DNA from: Basidiobolus meristosporus CBS 931.73
Taxonomy: Eukaryota > Fungi > Basidiobolomycota
Direction: 5' to 3'
DNA: 64,000 nt
NCBI GenBank assembly: GCA_002104905.1
Contig: MCFE01000388.1
Span: 19,075-83,074 of the forward strand
Shown here in pieces: positions 1-14,327 of the stretch (its first letter is position 1; each line of letters begins with the position of its first letter). The notes beneath the pieces are model-generated. The model had not been told where the DNA came from, made no database searches, and was given only the letters and a program-made list of their open reading frames with translations. The translations under genes were made by a program, and so were the position numbers.

Positions 1-372
1 GGCCTTTTATTAGCTGTAAGCCTTTGATAACATTTTCGAGTAGATGTGCGAACCTCAAAAGCAATAAATATTAACAGCAACAAAGGTCACAAAAGTTGGT
101 AAGGATACGGATTCTAGCATCAGGGAAATCCATGGCCTTAATTCTTGAAAGAGGTAGGGATTACAAAATCCCAAGACCGACTTCTATCCATAAATAAATC
201 ACAAATCAACCCAATGCCAAATCGGCGTGGCGGTTTATCCCGAATAGCAATCCCACTATGTAGATCGGTTAAGCGGATTGGAGTTTTTTTTTGGTTTTTC
301 TTTTTCTTGGAATCCAGGCTGAATAAAATAGAATCCGATGAATGCCGGCCGGTTCCACATCAATCAACCGAA

Positions 373-3300
373 ATGCCCAAAGCCAGCAGTCGTAAGAAGA
401 AGCAGAAGAATGATGATTTCCAAGTGAGTGGACCGCTTGGTGGTTCAATGTCACCCACCCCCAGAGATACTCACCGCACTTCTGTGCAACACTAGAAAAC
501 CAAACTGAAGGTTGGAAAGAAGAAGGTTCAGGCGGATAACTTCACCGACACGAGCTTTAAATCCAAAGGTATTTCGAACCCCACTTCGGACCTTCCCCCA
601 CCACCACCCGGAACCTCACCCACCAACGAAACTTGTAGCGGTATCATTGCCAAACCAAAGCATCGCGCTGGACAAAACCAACGAGCTGACGAATGTTCGA
701 AACCAAACCTTGAACGAACTGATCCCTCAATTGAAACATTACAGTTCCGCGGTTCGTAAAGGTATGGTGATAGCAAGGGTCTGCTAGCAACACCTCCACA
801 TGATTAACCAGCCAATGTTAGATGCCATTCACGGAACCACCGATCTTCTCAACAGATATCCACAAGTGCTTCGTGGCTCACTTGGGACATTAATAAATAC
901 CATGACCAGATTACTGGTGGACGACGTAACTTTCTTCCGGTAATGGTAGTGCGGGGACGCTTGGTTAACTCGGTTTTATTCAGGATGAGGCGGTTCGCAA
1001 AGGGGTGCACACCTTCTTTTCGGAGTTTCTACCACAACTTGACGACTCGGATCTCCACCCATTCCTGCCACTTCTTATCGTTTACACCTGCTCCGCCATG
1101 ACCCATATTCACGAGGATATCCGCACCGATGCCCTCAAGTTCCTAAACCTGTGGATAGATATCGCGCCTCAGGTGGTCATCAAGTACGCAGACAAGGTAG
1201 AATCGGTGTTTATTGGAACTGTTCTTGAGCCGCAGGCTAACCTGGTCCTCAGATTGTCCCCAACTATATCAGCTTACTCAATGTCGACTCCACCTCCACA
1301 AACACCACCAAGAGCACCACTGGTAAGCTGCTCCTGTTCCTGCTCCCGGTTCCATGCCACCCAACCCTGCTAACCACGTAGAGATGCAGGTAGCGCGTTT
1401 ACCTTGTCTAGCAACCGTAGCCAGCTGAGCTATGCTGGGGTAGGGCCCTTCTCTTTACTTCGTGTGCCAACTTGTACTTACCCCACCCTAGTCAAAGATC
1501 AGCACTATGAACAGCTTGTTCAAATTCCTGGAGATCAAGTTGAATTCTCACGAGTCGGCACGTGACACGTAAGTTCCGTCCCCCACCCAGCAGACAGGAA
1601 CGTGCACTGAATTCGCGAATAGGTTTTGGTTTTTAGCGGACTACGCCGGCGGGTATAAGCACAAATCAGCCACCGAGATCGACACGAATATTTTCAGCTG
1701 GAAGCCGGAGGCCCAGGTGAGTCGCAAGCCAGCCAATCGACCCATGGCTCTGGGATTTTGACCTTCTCTCGATCACTAGAACTCTGTCACCCTCTATCCA
1801 TATGCTGGCGAATACACCAGCGTGCCCTCCTTCTCGCATCTGAATCTGTTCGATGCCAGCACCAAGAGCACTCTCAACAAGCCTGAGGAGAAAACGCTCA
1901 ACGAAGCCAAGACCGACGCAGATAATGTCGAGTCCGAAAGCATCCAGGTATAGCTTGTAGTGGTTGTTTCTCCCGGCGCCATGTTAAACCAGGTTAATCT
2001 CCTCACGTAGCTACTAGAAACCTTGAATCCGTTCCTGCTCTCCACATGGTTGGAGGCATCACCTAACGTTTTCACCGCGACCGGATCAGTCAGTATGACT
2101 CCTTCCTTGGAAGCGGTGCACATGGTCCTCAAGCTGATGCAGGTGCTCTGGCGAACTGGCATGAGCGGGAACGCCATCCGTAGGGTGAAGAAGAAGTGGG
2201 TGGAGGAGCATCTCCAGCTGCTTCTCAAGCATTTCATGATCCATTTCCCCTTTGGAAACGATGCGCTCGGGATCCGCGACGCCAAAGTGGAATCGGTGCT
2301 TCAGGATATGAACTCCGCCTTCTGCGAATTGACTTCGTTGTTCCTTATCTCCATCAACTCCCACAATGATCAGGAGCCCACTTTCCCCAAATGGGCTGAC
2401 AGTGTATACAAGTACATCCTGACTGCATTAGGCGAATCGGTTAGTGCTCGGTTCCGTTCACCAGCCGCCCACATGCTTGACTAAACCGAACATCTTGTAG
2501 CCCGAGAAGACCGACACCATCATGACTTCGCAGACCACCGACTTCAAACCTGAGCACTTCGTTGCCCTTATGCCGTCCATCTGGACCTTCTTGAACAGCC
2601 TGGAAACCGAGAGACAAGACATCCTCTTCAAGGTAAACAACGACCGGACTTACTGCCTTGACTTGAGACTTAACCGGGTGATTTCCAGGCACTGTTGAGC
2701 TACTGCAATCGGTCACATATCAACTCGCTTACCAAACGGTTGACCCTAGAGTTCATTACGAATACGCTTACGGTAAATTATGAGCTCAGCGAAATTCAAG
2801 GCCGATCGACATATTCACTGTGGAATTCTTAGATCCAAAACCATCCTCAATACTCTGGATGCTTCAAGCTGACCAAGTCCCCCGAGCTCGCCCAAGCCAT
2901 CAAGACCTGGGTTCTCGGGTTACCGAAGACCTTATGGGCCTTGAGAAACAACTCACCAAACACGAGCCGGGTAACGAGCGATCGATCTGGATTCCGGGAT
3001 CTTGTTCGGTGAACTAACCATCTTTCCACATAGGTGATTTTGAGAGCACTACGGGATCTCATCAACCAAGACAAATCAAGATGGTTGGATACTGCGTTCC
3101 ACAACTCGCTGCAGCTGAACATGGTCCCATTCTTCCATGTCACCATCCCCAACAAAGGTGATTCTGGGTTGACCTTCATCAGCACGGTATTCCTCGGCGA
3201 CTAACCCAATCCTCGATGTCAGGTCCCATTTTTGGTCCGTTCAGCACACTCCCGGAGGACCTTCAACGGCTGACCATTGAATTGCTGTATTACCTCGGAA

Positions 3301-3483
3301 AGCTTAACGAAAAACTCCTACGTAGCATAAGCGCTAGCACTCAAGGTAAATCCTCACCCCCCCCCGGAGTAACCCAATGCTCAGGCTAACCGGGATTTGA
3401 TCACGTCAGGTACCGAATTCAACCCCGAGACCAAGAGATACCTGGACGAGGTGATGAAGCACTGCAATCCGCTCTCGATCTAG
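373..3483 (+). CDS. IPI1: Rix1-complex / pre-rRNA processing protein Ipi1 (TEX10-like), multi-exon
   Basis: Exon 1 MPKASSRKKKQKNDDFQ, then an intron, then KTKLKVGKKK...TNTSFKSK-like sequence. Later exons read FLPLLIVYTCSAMTHIHEDIRTDALKFLNLW, the Ipi1_N signature. About 15 short GT-AG introns; last exon ends NPLSI-TAG at 3481-3483. Confidence 0.85.
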
Positions 3484-3918
3484 CAGAGTTCCGGATTTCG
3501 GGGATCCGCGTGAAGGGAATGTCCTTAGAATACGCCAATCTTCCTTCGGTGGTTTATATTATAAATAGATTTTCTCATTTCCAACGTTCAACCCCTTAGT
3601 CGTTAGAAAACAGGCCTTCCATTTTTGACAAGCACGAGAGACACAGTGATCGAACTATTAATATCGGATAAAAATTCCCTTGTCAGTAAGCTTCTACTTG
3701 ATACATGTGTTTGTGATCATTGATATTCGTTGTGAGCTACCCAGTGACTTGGTTCGATGGAATTCGGTTAGTTGTCGGGAACGTCATATTGCAAACCATT
3801 ATAGAACCAGCATCTATCATGCAGATCCACTCTACATTGATCTTTGTCCCAATGCGAACCATTACTGGCACCGGTTTACCCTGGTCTAATTTATCTTTGT
3901 TGTTGGTGGAGAATAGAG

Positions 3919-4086
3919 ATATGGTCAACGCTTCGGCACAATTTCCCACAGACCAAATGAATGGTTACTGGTAGTTGGTTCCTAATTGTTGACTTGCCAT
4001 CTAGAGCACTTGGATAGCTATGTTAGCTATCATGGCAGTGACTTGGCCGTAAGATACCTAATCACCGTGGCATGTGCACATGATCC
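3919..4086 (-). repeat. 168-bp conserved core, copy A (candidate structured ncRNA)
   Basis: Identical (reverse complement) to 14546-14713 by direct comparison. Confidence 0.9.
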
Positions 4087-4596
4087 AACTTCTCCTCACT
4101 GCCAGAGTCTCCATTTTGTTGGAAATCTCCGTTGATGGGAAATGGCTGATTTCCGAGCGAGTGTGGAATTTCCATATCTACCATTCAACCTGCTGTTGAG
4201 CAGTTTATCTGCACTAGACACCGAGTTGCAATTTGATGATCCCCGTTTGAGGCATCGCTGCATACATTGAAAGGATGTGCTGAAGAAAGGGATGGATTGA
4301 GTTGATGGGGGAACGTACTCAAGTCGTAAGGACCAAGGTCAAGTGAGATGATTTGCAACAAGGCCTAGTGGATATAATGTCTTGCCTTTGGCAAACGATC
4401 AGTTATTGCTGTGATCGCCAGCATTTGGCCTACGCTTTACGAGGCTTGGTGTTGAATGGACTCCCGGTGGTTGGATTCGAAGCTGGAGTACAATATGGAT
4501 ATAACGTTGTGACATGTTAAGGAATGGAACTTGGAGGTGCAAGAGTAGCTGTGGTGGAGGAGAGAGTGTATGTGAGGGACAAAAGAAAAAGGGACT

Positions 4597-4668
4597 GGGC
4601 TCAACCGGGAATTGAACCCGGGACCTCCTCGACCCGAACGAGGAATCATACTACTAGACCATTGAGCC
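4597..4668 (-). tRNA. tRNA-Pro(CGG), copy A
   Basis: Cloverleaf: acceptor GGCTCAA/TTGAGCC, anticodon arm CCTCG-TTCGGGT-CGAGG, T arm CCGGG-TTCAATT-CCCGG. A T5 run follows on the coding strand. Confidence 0.9.
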
Positions 4669-5723
4669 TTTGCTGCTTCCCTATCCCTTCCTCTCCTCAC
4701 CTCTCCATTCTCGCCACCCATACACCCCTCTCATCACCCGGTGATTTGTCGATTCTACCCCCCTCCCCTCGCTTGGCTCGAGAATGTATCGAGCATCTCT
4801 GGTATGCTGGGTGGTAATGCTTGCACTCAATGCCAACAATGACGATCGTAGGTCAGACAACTGGCATATACCATTAGACTGGGGCCTTCGAACGAACGCC
4901 AGGCCGATATCATCACCATTGACAATAATGATCGGAGGGAGTATAGGGTTGCATACATGCACCGATTGTTGTCTTACCTCAGAACATGAATGATATGTAT
5001 GTTGCAACATTGGAATCCATGTAAACGGTGGGCAGGATTGCGTGGCGATACAAAGATTCTCAGAGGTTAGTCAAGGAGATCTGCCAAAACCCAACGAGAG
5101 CATTTTCAATGAAGCTCGGAGGTTATGGTTCATGTAGATATCGAGTAAGATCCACCCTGTAACCCAACATTAGTGGATTTGTTGATGAATGCTTTGATCC
5201 ATGTTATTAAATCAGAAGATCATCATCTCGCCAACCAATCTTGGTGGGATATGGTTCAGGTGTGCGGTGCGATAATGATCAGGATACAAATGAGCCGCAA
5301 TTATGTATCATTTGGTAGATCACCAACAGTAACCATTGTATAAAAATCGCTGCCATTGTTTACCCATGAATTTTCTATTTGGTTTTCTCTCTGATACAGC
5401 TTGAAGTAAGTTCGTCTGCTTCGAACCGGTGTTTGACATGTTCAAGGTTGGACCAATGCCCCTCCGTTCCTCTCCAGACCTTTCCCTAAACTGGCTCACC
5501 CTTTTTTACAGAACCTGCAGGCAGCACTTTCCAAACTACGCGAAACTCAACATGTCCCGCCTCAGCCCACTTTAGAAAAAAGCGAGGTACGTTGTCCTTT
5601 GGTTCACTTGTTCATAGGGCCAACCCGATTGACAGCTCTTCCTCTTGAAAGAAAGTTCCGCTTAAGCCTCCGGCTGAGACCTTGCCTAAATCGAACCAGG
5701 ATTTCAAAGAGGACTTCGAGGTG

Positions 5724-7669
5724 ATGGAAGCTGACCAAGATCTGTTGGATTTATTAGACGAGATAGAAGAGCAGCAATCCCAGCAATCACAATTGAAGGT
5801 TCCTGAGGATGTACTAGAGATAGAGAACGATTCGAATGTAGTTGGTACTTTGCCGACCCCCAAGTTTCTTCGCACTGGACATACTTCCAAATCCAACGGA
5901 CCTGCGCCAGCCAGCCCTTCGATTGGTGGCGCACCTTCTAGTTCAAACAGGCATTTCCCAATTTCGGCCACCAACCTTTCGAATGGACCATCCCCTTCCC
6001 CCAAAGTTCAACCCACTTCCTCAGCTCCGACCCATTCTCAAGTAACTAGCACCAGTCAAGCACAGCCGCAATCCGGGAGTCAAAAGCTTAAAGGGTTTTT
6101 GTATACGAAGTCGAAGAATTCCCAAGTCTCTTCCAAAAATACGAGCATCCATAATCACCCCACTTCCAAGAAGGATGCTGACCAGCCACCGAACCCTAAT
6201 ACCGCTGTGAAATCTCCCAGCTGCGCTACAGAGACGGCACCTGCTCAGAACCGCACGAATGCTACCTCGGCTCTTCTACCAGCCAACCATCGACCAGTAC
6301 ACGAATCCCCAAATTCCCAGCAGAACAGCATCCCTAAGACGCCATCAAAACCCCAAACAGACTTCACGGCATCGTTCAATGCCAATCGTGTGGAAACGCC
6401 GACGAATCAATTACTTTCCAGATCGGCTTCTGAGCCGCGCCAAAACATTCAAAGCGCCAGCGCAGCAGCCGCCTCGCACATCGACAGGAGAAATTTCAGC
6501 ACCGGAAAGATCAATTCAAGAACGCGTAGATTACCAGGGCCTGCCGGGGATATTCTAGCCCTGGGTTCGTTCGACTCCAAGGCCAAGCCGATCCATCAAA
6601 GTGCCCCAGGCATCAGCCATCTTAGCACGCCGAAGACACCCTCGAGCAACCGACTTTCCACTTTCCAGGAGGACGATTTTATATCCGGGGCATGGTCGAA
6701 GATGCTGACCACGCTAAAGCTCCCCAAATACACCCCGGCCACCGCCCCATTCGTCAAGAACACCTCGCCTTTCCTCAACTACAACATCCAGTATATCTTG
6801 GAGCACGGGTTCCAAAAGAAAATCCCTTACGTGGTGTTGATGATAAAGGAAACAAGGTCAAACGAGATCAACGTCGGGGTGACGTTTATTGATCCTACCG
6901 GGGAGATTAGTGGGACCATTCATCGGAAAGTGGTCGAACTGTATCCAGATGATATCACCACCGGCACAGTACTGGTGCTGCAACAAGTAGGATGAATGCC
7001 ACCAAGGTCGCGAATATCCCCCAATGCTAATGGACCCTTTTGTTTCTAGGTATCTGTGTTTAGCCCCAGTCTGCACTCGCATTACCTCAATGTCACCCCG
7101 AAGAATATTGTCCATCTATTCCCGTCCAGCCGGGAGGAAATCCTTTCCCCCAATGGAACTCAGCCCGAACACCAGTATGGCGATCCTTCTGCATCCCCGC
7201 TGAAAGAGAAATCGAAATCGAAGCCCACCGACTCGATTTTCCATTCGCCAAAATCCCTTCCTAAAGAGGGTCAGCAGAATGTCGATGGATCATTGATGCA
7301 GACGAACCCCGCCATCGACTCGCCCTCCCGCAGCACAGATCTCCCGCTCTTTCTCAAACGCAAGAACTCCGAGTCGTTGAACGTCCTGGATGAGCCCAGG
7401 TTACCTGAGCCGAAGAGACAGCTGTTTACCGACCGACTGTTTAGTAAAAGTATCGAATCGCCCAAGCCCAAGCCCAAGCCCGAGCCGAGCCGATAGCTAG
7501 CACCACTGCGAACCAAAAGACCAGCTTCCTAAGCGTCGAGAAGTCCTCGCCGGACACGCCCGCGGCCTCGCAAATGCTGTTCTCGACCAGCCAACCGGTG
7601 GCGGAGGAGGATCTAGAATGTCTACTGGACGGCATCGAAGAGTCGTTTTTTGAAGACGATCTGATTTAG
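5724..7669 (+). CDS. HROB: Homologous-recombination OB-fold protein (HROB/MCM8IP, DUF4539-like); apparent frameshift near 7485
   Basis: Long low-complexity N-terminus, RRLPGPAG motif, then FIDPTGEISGTIHRKVV...GTVLVLQQ|VSVFSPSLHSHYLNVTPKNIVHLFP. One intron at about 6989-7050. The frame stops at 7496, but an acidic tail (EEDLECLLDGIEESFFEDDLI*) continues in another frame to 7669. Confidence 0.75.
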
Positions 7670-8118
7670 AGTCGTCGTCGTCGTCGTCGGCGGCGGCATC
7701 TGTTTTGTTTTTGACTTTTTGTATATAGAACCTATTGTTGAAAGTCGAGCCATTTTCATAACCATGTATTGTTTACTAGCGCGAGACCCTGTTGATGGTG
7801 AAGCACACTTCGACCCTGACCCCGTTCCTCCCCCTTCCTCACCGCCAAAGCCATGATCCATTCATTTGCTTCAAGCGAACTTGCCCTCATCCCCGCATCT
7901 ATCCATTAGAAATACTGTAGAATAAAATACCTATCAACAGACGCATCGATCCCAGCTCCGACTCGAAATCCTTAGACAAAACCTGATGCGATTCGATTCG
8001 ATCCGATCGGATCGGATTGGATTCAAGGGAAAAAAGAAATTCTGAAGCCCAACGGGCCAGTAAGAAAAAAAAGGGATCGCCAACCTGCGAGCGAGCGTAC
8101 GCCAACGAAGAGAGAGAC

Positions 8119-9482
8119 ATGGGAAAAACCTCCAAAGACAAGAGAGACGTGTACTACCGTCTGGCGAAGGAGCAGGGCTGGAGAGCTCGTAGCGCGTTCA
8201 AGCTGCTTCAGGTCGACGAGGAGTTCAACTTATTCGAAGGTGGGTGGTCGTTCTTCACCGTCCCCCAGTGATTTGCAGGGGGGATCGTGCACGGCGGTAG
8301 TGTTTACTGGTATCAACGGAAGTCCTGTGGGCTGACAACCCTTCTCGGAAATGGTTCTTAGGCGTGAAACGTGCGGTGGATCTATGTGCGGCCCCTGGAA
8401 GTTGGTCCCAGGTCCTCAGCCAGAAACTAAGGTAAAGACCAGGTTGTTGCGGGCACTTACGATATGCGACAGTAGAGTGATGCTTGTTTTTCACAGTCAG
8501 AATGTAGGGGAAGGGGAAGGCGAAGAGCAGGCCAAGATCGTGGCGGTGGATTTGCAAGCAATGGTAACGGCTCCTTGGCGGTTGAAAAGTGTATGTTCTT
8601 CTCGGACTCATCCCGCGCTCATCGCTATTAGGCTCCACTTCCTGGAGTGATCCAGCTTCAAGGAGATATCACCAAGGTTTCCACGGCGGAGCAGATCATC
8701 TCGCACTTTGAAGGCGAGTTGGCGGACCTAGTGGTGTGTGACGGAGCGCCAGATGGTAGTCGTCTAGCTAAGCATCCGCCCCTTTTACAACCAGGGTCGT
8801 ATTAATCAATTCGATATTTCCCTAGTGACTGGACTTCACGACATGGATGAGTACATCCAGGCCCAATTACTACTAGCCGTAAGCTCGACCCTTGTTATGG
8901 ACCGCCGGTTGATCCCCGAGATTCACCCTTCTTTCTCTTCACCAGGCTCTAAATATCACCACGCATGTACTGCGCCCGGGAGGCGCCTTTGTCGCCAAGA
9001 TCTTCCGTGGTAAGGACATCACCCTGCTGTATGCTCAGCTCAAGATCTTCTTCAAGACGGTTACCTGCAGCAAACCACGAAGCTCACGTAACTCCAGCAT
9101 CGGTAATTCGTGTGTCACTGTGACTTGTCGGACGATTTACTGATGCAGCATGTTTACTTGCGTAGAGGCGTTCATCGTCTGCCAAGACTATTCCCCTCCA
9201 GAGGGATATCAGCCTACCATGGCCAACCCGTTACTAGACTTATCGTGCGGTGAGTATCCGAATCTATCCTCATCCTCGTCCTCGTCCTCCACCTGGTCCT
9301 CGATACTCATCTTGTAAATGTCAGGTTTGTCCAACGAGCTAGCCGGCCCAAACCGGGAGATCGTCCCGTTCATTGCTTGCGGAGATCTCAGCGGGTTCGA
9401 CTCGGAACAGAGCTCCTCAGCCCCGGCCCAGCCCCCCACTAGCCTTCCCTACAAAACCACCATCAGGCTTCAACGTCAATGA
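8119..9482 (+). CDS. TRM7: tRNA (C32/N34) 2'-O-methyltransferase, FtsJ/RrmJ family, multi-exon
   Basis: [36 protein letters not shown]; [13 protein letters not shown]; IVAVDLQAM; [21 protein letters not shown]; [10 protein letters not shown]; KPRSSRNSS. Confidence 0.95.
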
Positions 9483-9749
9483 CGCGCGAAGGGGCACATA
9501 TGGATGTATATAGACGCTGAGAAGGGAATAAATCTGGACGGAGAGGAAGGGTTTATTTTATATACATTAGCAAGATTGAGTTCCATCGCCTGGATATGGC
9601 GACGATGGTGGATTAGGGATTATTGGGTTGGATTTATGAGAAAAGGCTACGTCGATTCTCTCTAGGATATCTAAGATTTGGCTCTATAAAGGTTTGGTTA
9701 GGAGGCGCGCTAGTTACCCTGTGGCCTCTTTTTTGTTACGCAGGTGGAG

Positions 9750-12700
9750 TTAAGTTAGCGAAACCCTGGATAGGTTTTCTGGTCCAGTGCGGTTAGAATC
9801 CGTAGTAGCCAGAGTAGAACGAGGGCTTGGGAACCCCACCGTTGGCCGGGGTCTCGAATGGGTTGAACCCTTGCTCGGGTACTCGTCGGTTGGGCCAGCC
9901 GGAGAAGTGGCTCCGGAAAGGCTTTCTTTCTTGAGGAACATCTCGAGGCGAGGTGTTGTACAGGCTTCTGGCCGGACCATCTAGTCGTAAGAAGGGTTAG
10001 TCAAGAGAGCACCGAGATGTCCATATTGGGATCATCATACTGTCGGGAGCGTAGTTCGACCACAAGGAGCTCTTGACGTTGTTCTGGTGGAGAAGACGGG
10101 TGGTTATCATCGGGATGATGGGGCAAATCCAACAGGTACTCACTTTGTGATCAAAGAATGATTCGGAGATGGCGCGGGCTGATTGATGGATCTGAAGCTG
10201 GTTGACAAGAAGATTAGCAACATCCAATGGCTGACAAAACCTGTATCGCTTACATTTGAGGTGACCCCTTGGTCTGTTTGGCGTCTCTGTATTCGCCGTG
10301 AACGGTTCGAATTAGTTGCAGTCGTAGGAGTAGGAGTAGGAGTAGAGGGTTTGATGTGGTGTGATGTGGTGGTAAGTACCTGAACCGTAGGCCCGAAAAA
10401 CGAACCAGTGGACCTCTGGTCAAACAGAGAATAGCTTCGCTGATCCCTCATATGGCCTGGATTAGAAGAGGGTTAGGAAATGTATAGATGTGGCTTTCGG
10501 GGAATATTCACCTGCAAGCGCAGTGGGGTTGTGTCTGCCGGGTGAAAGGTAGGAGTCGTCCTCACAGAAGCCAAAGTTGGGGTTTCCAAAGGGAATCTAT
10601 GGAGCTGCATTAGATGATAAGGTAAAGATATGTTGATCACCGGAGCTTACGTGGTTTGCAGCCAGAAAATCTTGAAGCATCTGTTGGGCTCGTGGTACTA
10701 AGCTAGCTTCACTCGACTCGTATCTCATAATGAATGTGTAAAAGCCCTGATCTAGTGTGTTGCTCCTCATGGGGGAGAGGTCATTGAAGTCACAGGGAGA
10801 CGCCAACAAGATAATGTTCAGCTCATGCTTGATTCGTTTCACCAGATACCTGAACGCCTCGGAATCAACCGCAAGGTGTAGAGCAGTAGACAACGGGTAG
10901 CGAATGCGGTTCTCGTTCAGTGCGAGATCTTGAAGTCTCTGAGAAACATGCATGGCTGGGTCGTTGCCCACCAGTGTAGAGTGGGAATAGCCCGAATCCT
11001 GGCGGGTGTAATTGCTCTTTGGCATTGGCAGAGGCTCCGCCACGAGGCCAGAAGCAAAGCACTCGTTAGAGCTCATCAGCCATTCTTGATCCTGCAGCAT
11101 ATACATGGTTAATGATCATCCGTGGGAGAGATTGAAGCTGGCCACATACCTTGCTCTCGACCATGTCAGTGATGGTTTTTTTGAAGTTGGCTAGATTCTG
11201 GATATTCTTGGCAGGAGTCCTGGCAACAACATTGTCCCCTGAATCCACACACACCCCTTGGGCGGCAAACTCCTCTGCCGTCGAGAACTTGACATAGACA
11301 CCAAACTGCTTCATAATCCTTTGGATATTTTTCCCGCCTACGCCGATGATGCGTTTGTGATAATTCTCGGGCACATAGAAAGAGATCTCCGCGGGCAGCT
11401 CCTCCTAAGTTTCACGGTGGAATCAGAGTGCGTCCGGGGATACCACCGTAAGGAATACGTACCTGAAGAAGCTTCAGTCCCTCGAGAGTTTTGCTGCACT
11501 CCGGGCTGTAGATGTTGATGAAGAAATTGAACTCGTTCAAATTCTCGTAGCCGATCTTGGTATTGGTCACCTTCATGATCTTGTTGATCTTTCCGTTCTT
11601 CTTACCGCTGATGAACTCCCTATGCTCAGAGGCCAGTTCCACCTGGAATTTCGTCTCTCGCTGGAAAAGCTGGGAGGGGTCAGCTGCGGGGTCTTGCAAG
11701 GGTGGGGCCGGAGATCACTTACTTGGAAGGAATACTCGTTGCCAATCAGCCTGAACGCCGTTCTCAGCTGATCAGGCCCGCCACACACTTCGAAGCAGTG
11801 GTTACGAAAAGCTATCTCTGCGCCAGAAGCCATACAGATCCGGCTCATCAACTGTTCAGTCTCTTCTCTGGAAGGCAACTGAATGGCCTGGCTACTAGGT
11901 ATATTGTTCTCTAACCAAAGCGACCCAGAGAACATACCACTAGTCTGTGGCCAGGTGAGTACTAGGGAGGATAACCGCAGTATTGAGTTCACTTACCATC
12001 TGCATGATAGTTTTTGTTGTCCTAGATACTTCTACTTCATTCTGACCGTACACGGTGATGTATGGATGCACCTGGTTGGCATCAGGGAACACAACAGAAG
12101 TGCCTGACAACATTGCCTATCTTAATTCCCATCCCGACTAAACAAACGGACCTTTCGAACACTTACCGTTAGCAGCTATGGTGGACATTAGCTCCGTGTA
12201 CTTCAGAATGGGCAACCAATCGAACTTTCTTGATTGCAAGGTGATGTGCCTCTTGATCAGGTCCGTATTCTAAAAGCACAGGTAAGTTATACGGCACGAC
12301 CCACCCGACGACGAGGAGCGTAAAGTCCTACCGCTTTGTGTACAGAATTGGCCAACATCAGCAGTGCCTTTTCCACCTGGACCTTCTCGCCCAACACGAG
12401 AACGCCTCGGGGAGAGGTCGATGTGGAGTGGGTTTCCAAGAAATTGCCGTACGGTGTGGGTACCACAATTTTGGTCTGGGTCTCCTTTTCAATGGACCTG
12501 ATGTACGAGTGATTCGGACCCGACACGATTCCCAACAGGTGTACGTCAACCTTCAATTCTTCGCAATACATGTTGCCCTGGGGTGTTTAGAGGTTATCTT
12601 AGTAAGGGGCAAGCTAATTGTAGAGCTGATGGGAGCCCCTTACCTGACGTAGGATCACCTGTCGAACTCTGTCAACCACATTCGGCTTGCCCTGTATCGA

Positions 12701-13244
12701 GACGCCGACCTCACTTCTCTTACTTTCGGCGGCGGGGGATCCGCGTACATCTGTAGAAGTTAGGTTGATAACAATGTCTTCATCTCGAATGATATCATCG
12801 ATTTTGGCCTGGATCTCCGACTTCCATGCATTGCCTTCAAATAAGCCACCGTCGCAACGAATCTTTAGTGTCACTCCCGCCTGAATAGAGCGATCGGGTT
12901 TAGCGTGGAAGTGGATGGGTGACGGGACGGTCGCTTACCTCGGAAGGGTATCTTTCTAGGAGGGTTCTTTGGGTAACCATGAGCTGTTGGGACGGACCTG
13001 ACAAGAGAACCACATAACGAGGGGCGGAACCTTGCTCTTCAGGGGCATGTTTATTTAAGTTAATGGGTTTGATTTCGTAAGAGCAAGGATCCTTCACAAT
13101 CTGCTCACAGAATTGAGTCAGCTTGCTCAAGGGCATGCCGCTGGGCTCATAGTGGCATTCAATTTCGGTTGGGACTGTGAAGAGGTTATGGGTATGGCTT
13201 AAGGCAGGTTGGACAAGGCAGAAAGCGACCGATGCGGAATCCAT
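9750..13244 (-). CDS. Multi-KH-domain RNA-binding protein (Mug60/YLL032C-like), multi-exon; 3' end approximate
   Basis: KH motifs HREFISGKKNGKINKIMK, YHKRIIGVGGKNIQRIMKQFGVYVKFS and VSGPNHSYIRSIEKETQTKI. Probable start MDSASVAFCL at 13244. Confidence 0.8.
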
Positions 13245-14327
13245 TACGGGTAAGCAAAAACGGGGAGATATTTCGAAAGAAGCAATTGCTAATGAGTTTG
13301 GAACTCTCATGACCCACATTCCCTTATATATTCCCACCAAAAATCGCGCCAGAATACAAATGACAAGCATTAATAACAACGATACCCACGGAAAAACAGA
13401 AAATAACAGATGTGAGGATAATTTCCTTAACAGTCGCATCGGCAATCTAAACATTGTTCTATTCCCCAGGTCTCTGTTTCGCTGGCAATCATTATCTTGT
13501 TGCGACCAGATCCTTTCAATGTTGTCGCTTTTCCTGATCTGCAGGTGAAGAGAGATTGGCGGTCTTGCCTGATGGGTAATTGTTAGGGCGAAGGCTTCAT
13601 TGTAGCCATTATACTAGCCATGTACTCTGGATTTCGAATGATCATCCGCCGTCATTGCATCTCAAAATCATCCTAGCCATTGTCTCCATTCACGTATTGT
13701 CCTCCAGGTGTTTCGAATGAAACACATATTACTAGAGCTGCTACACATCTCTAACCACGGTCTGCATAAAAACATCGTTTCAACATACATATCATTCATA
13801 TTCTAAGGTAAGACAACAATCGGTGCATGTATGCAACCCTATACTCCCTCCGATCATTATTGTCAATGGTGATGATATCGGCCTGGCGTTCGTTCGAAGG
13901 CCCCAGTCTAATGGTATATGCCAGTTGTCTGACCTACGATCGTCATTGTTGGCATTGAGTGCAAGCATTACCACCCAGCATACCAGAGATGCTCGATACA
14001 TTCTCGAGCCAAGCGAGGGGAGGGGGGTAGAATCGACAAATCACCGGGTGATGAGAGGGGTGTATGGGTGGCGAGAATGGAGACGTGAGGAGAGGAAGGG
14101 ATAGGGAAGCTGTATGAAGTCTGAATCCGACCAGAACAGGCAGCAAGTGTCGCATATAGAGATGCGTCAACACAAAAATCATCAAAGATGATCAAAGACT
14201 GATGGCTAAAGTAAGACAAGTGTATGCAAATGATCGAGAAATGTATAAAAAGTAGATCTACGCTAAATAAAGACAGACTGTACACAAACAGAAGGACGGA
14301 ACTGCTGGATTCATAACAAGCAGCAAG

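Larger units (their letters stand above)
3808..5010 (-). repeat. Copy A of the tRNA-Pro/168-bp-core locus; inverted duplicate of 13780-14820
   Basis: 4672-5010 is the near-identical reverse complement of 13780-14112, and 3808-4086 is the reverse complement of 14546-14820. The ~510-bp tRNA-to-core spacer (4087-4596) is unrelated to the 146-bp spacer of copy B. Confidence 0.9.

Noticed and set aside
4784-4993. 69-aa ORF present in both inverted repeats (also 13792-14001)
   Set aside because: Persistence is explained by near-identical DNA; no motif or codon-level evidence of selection.
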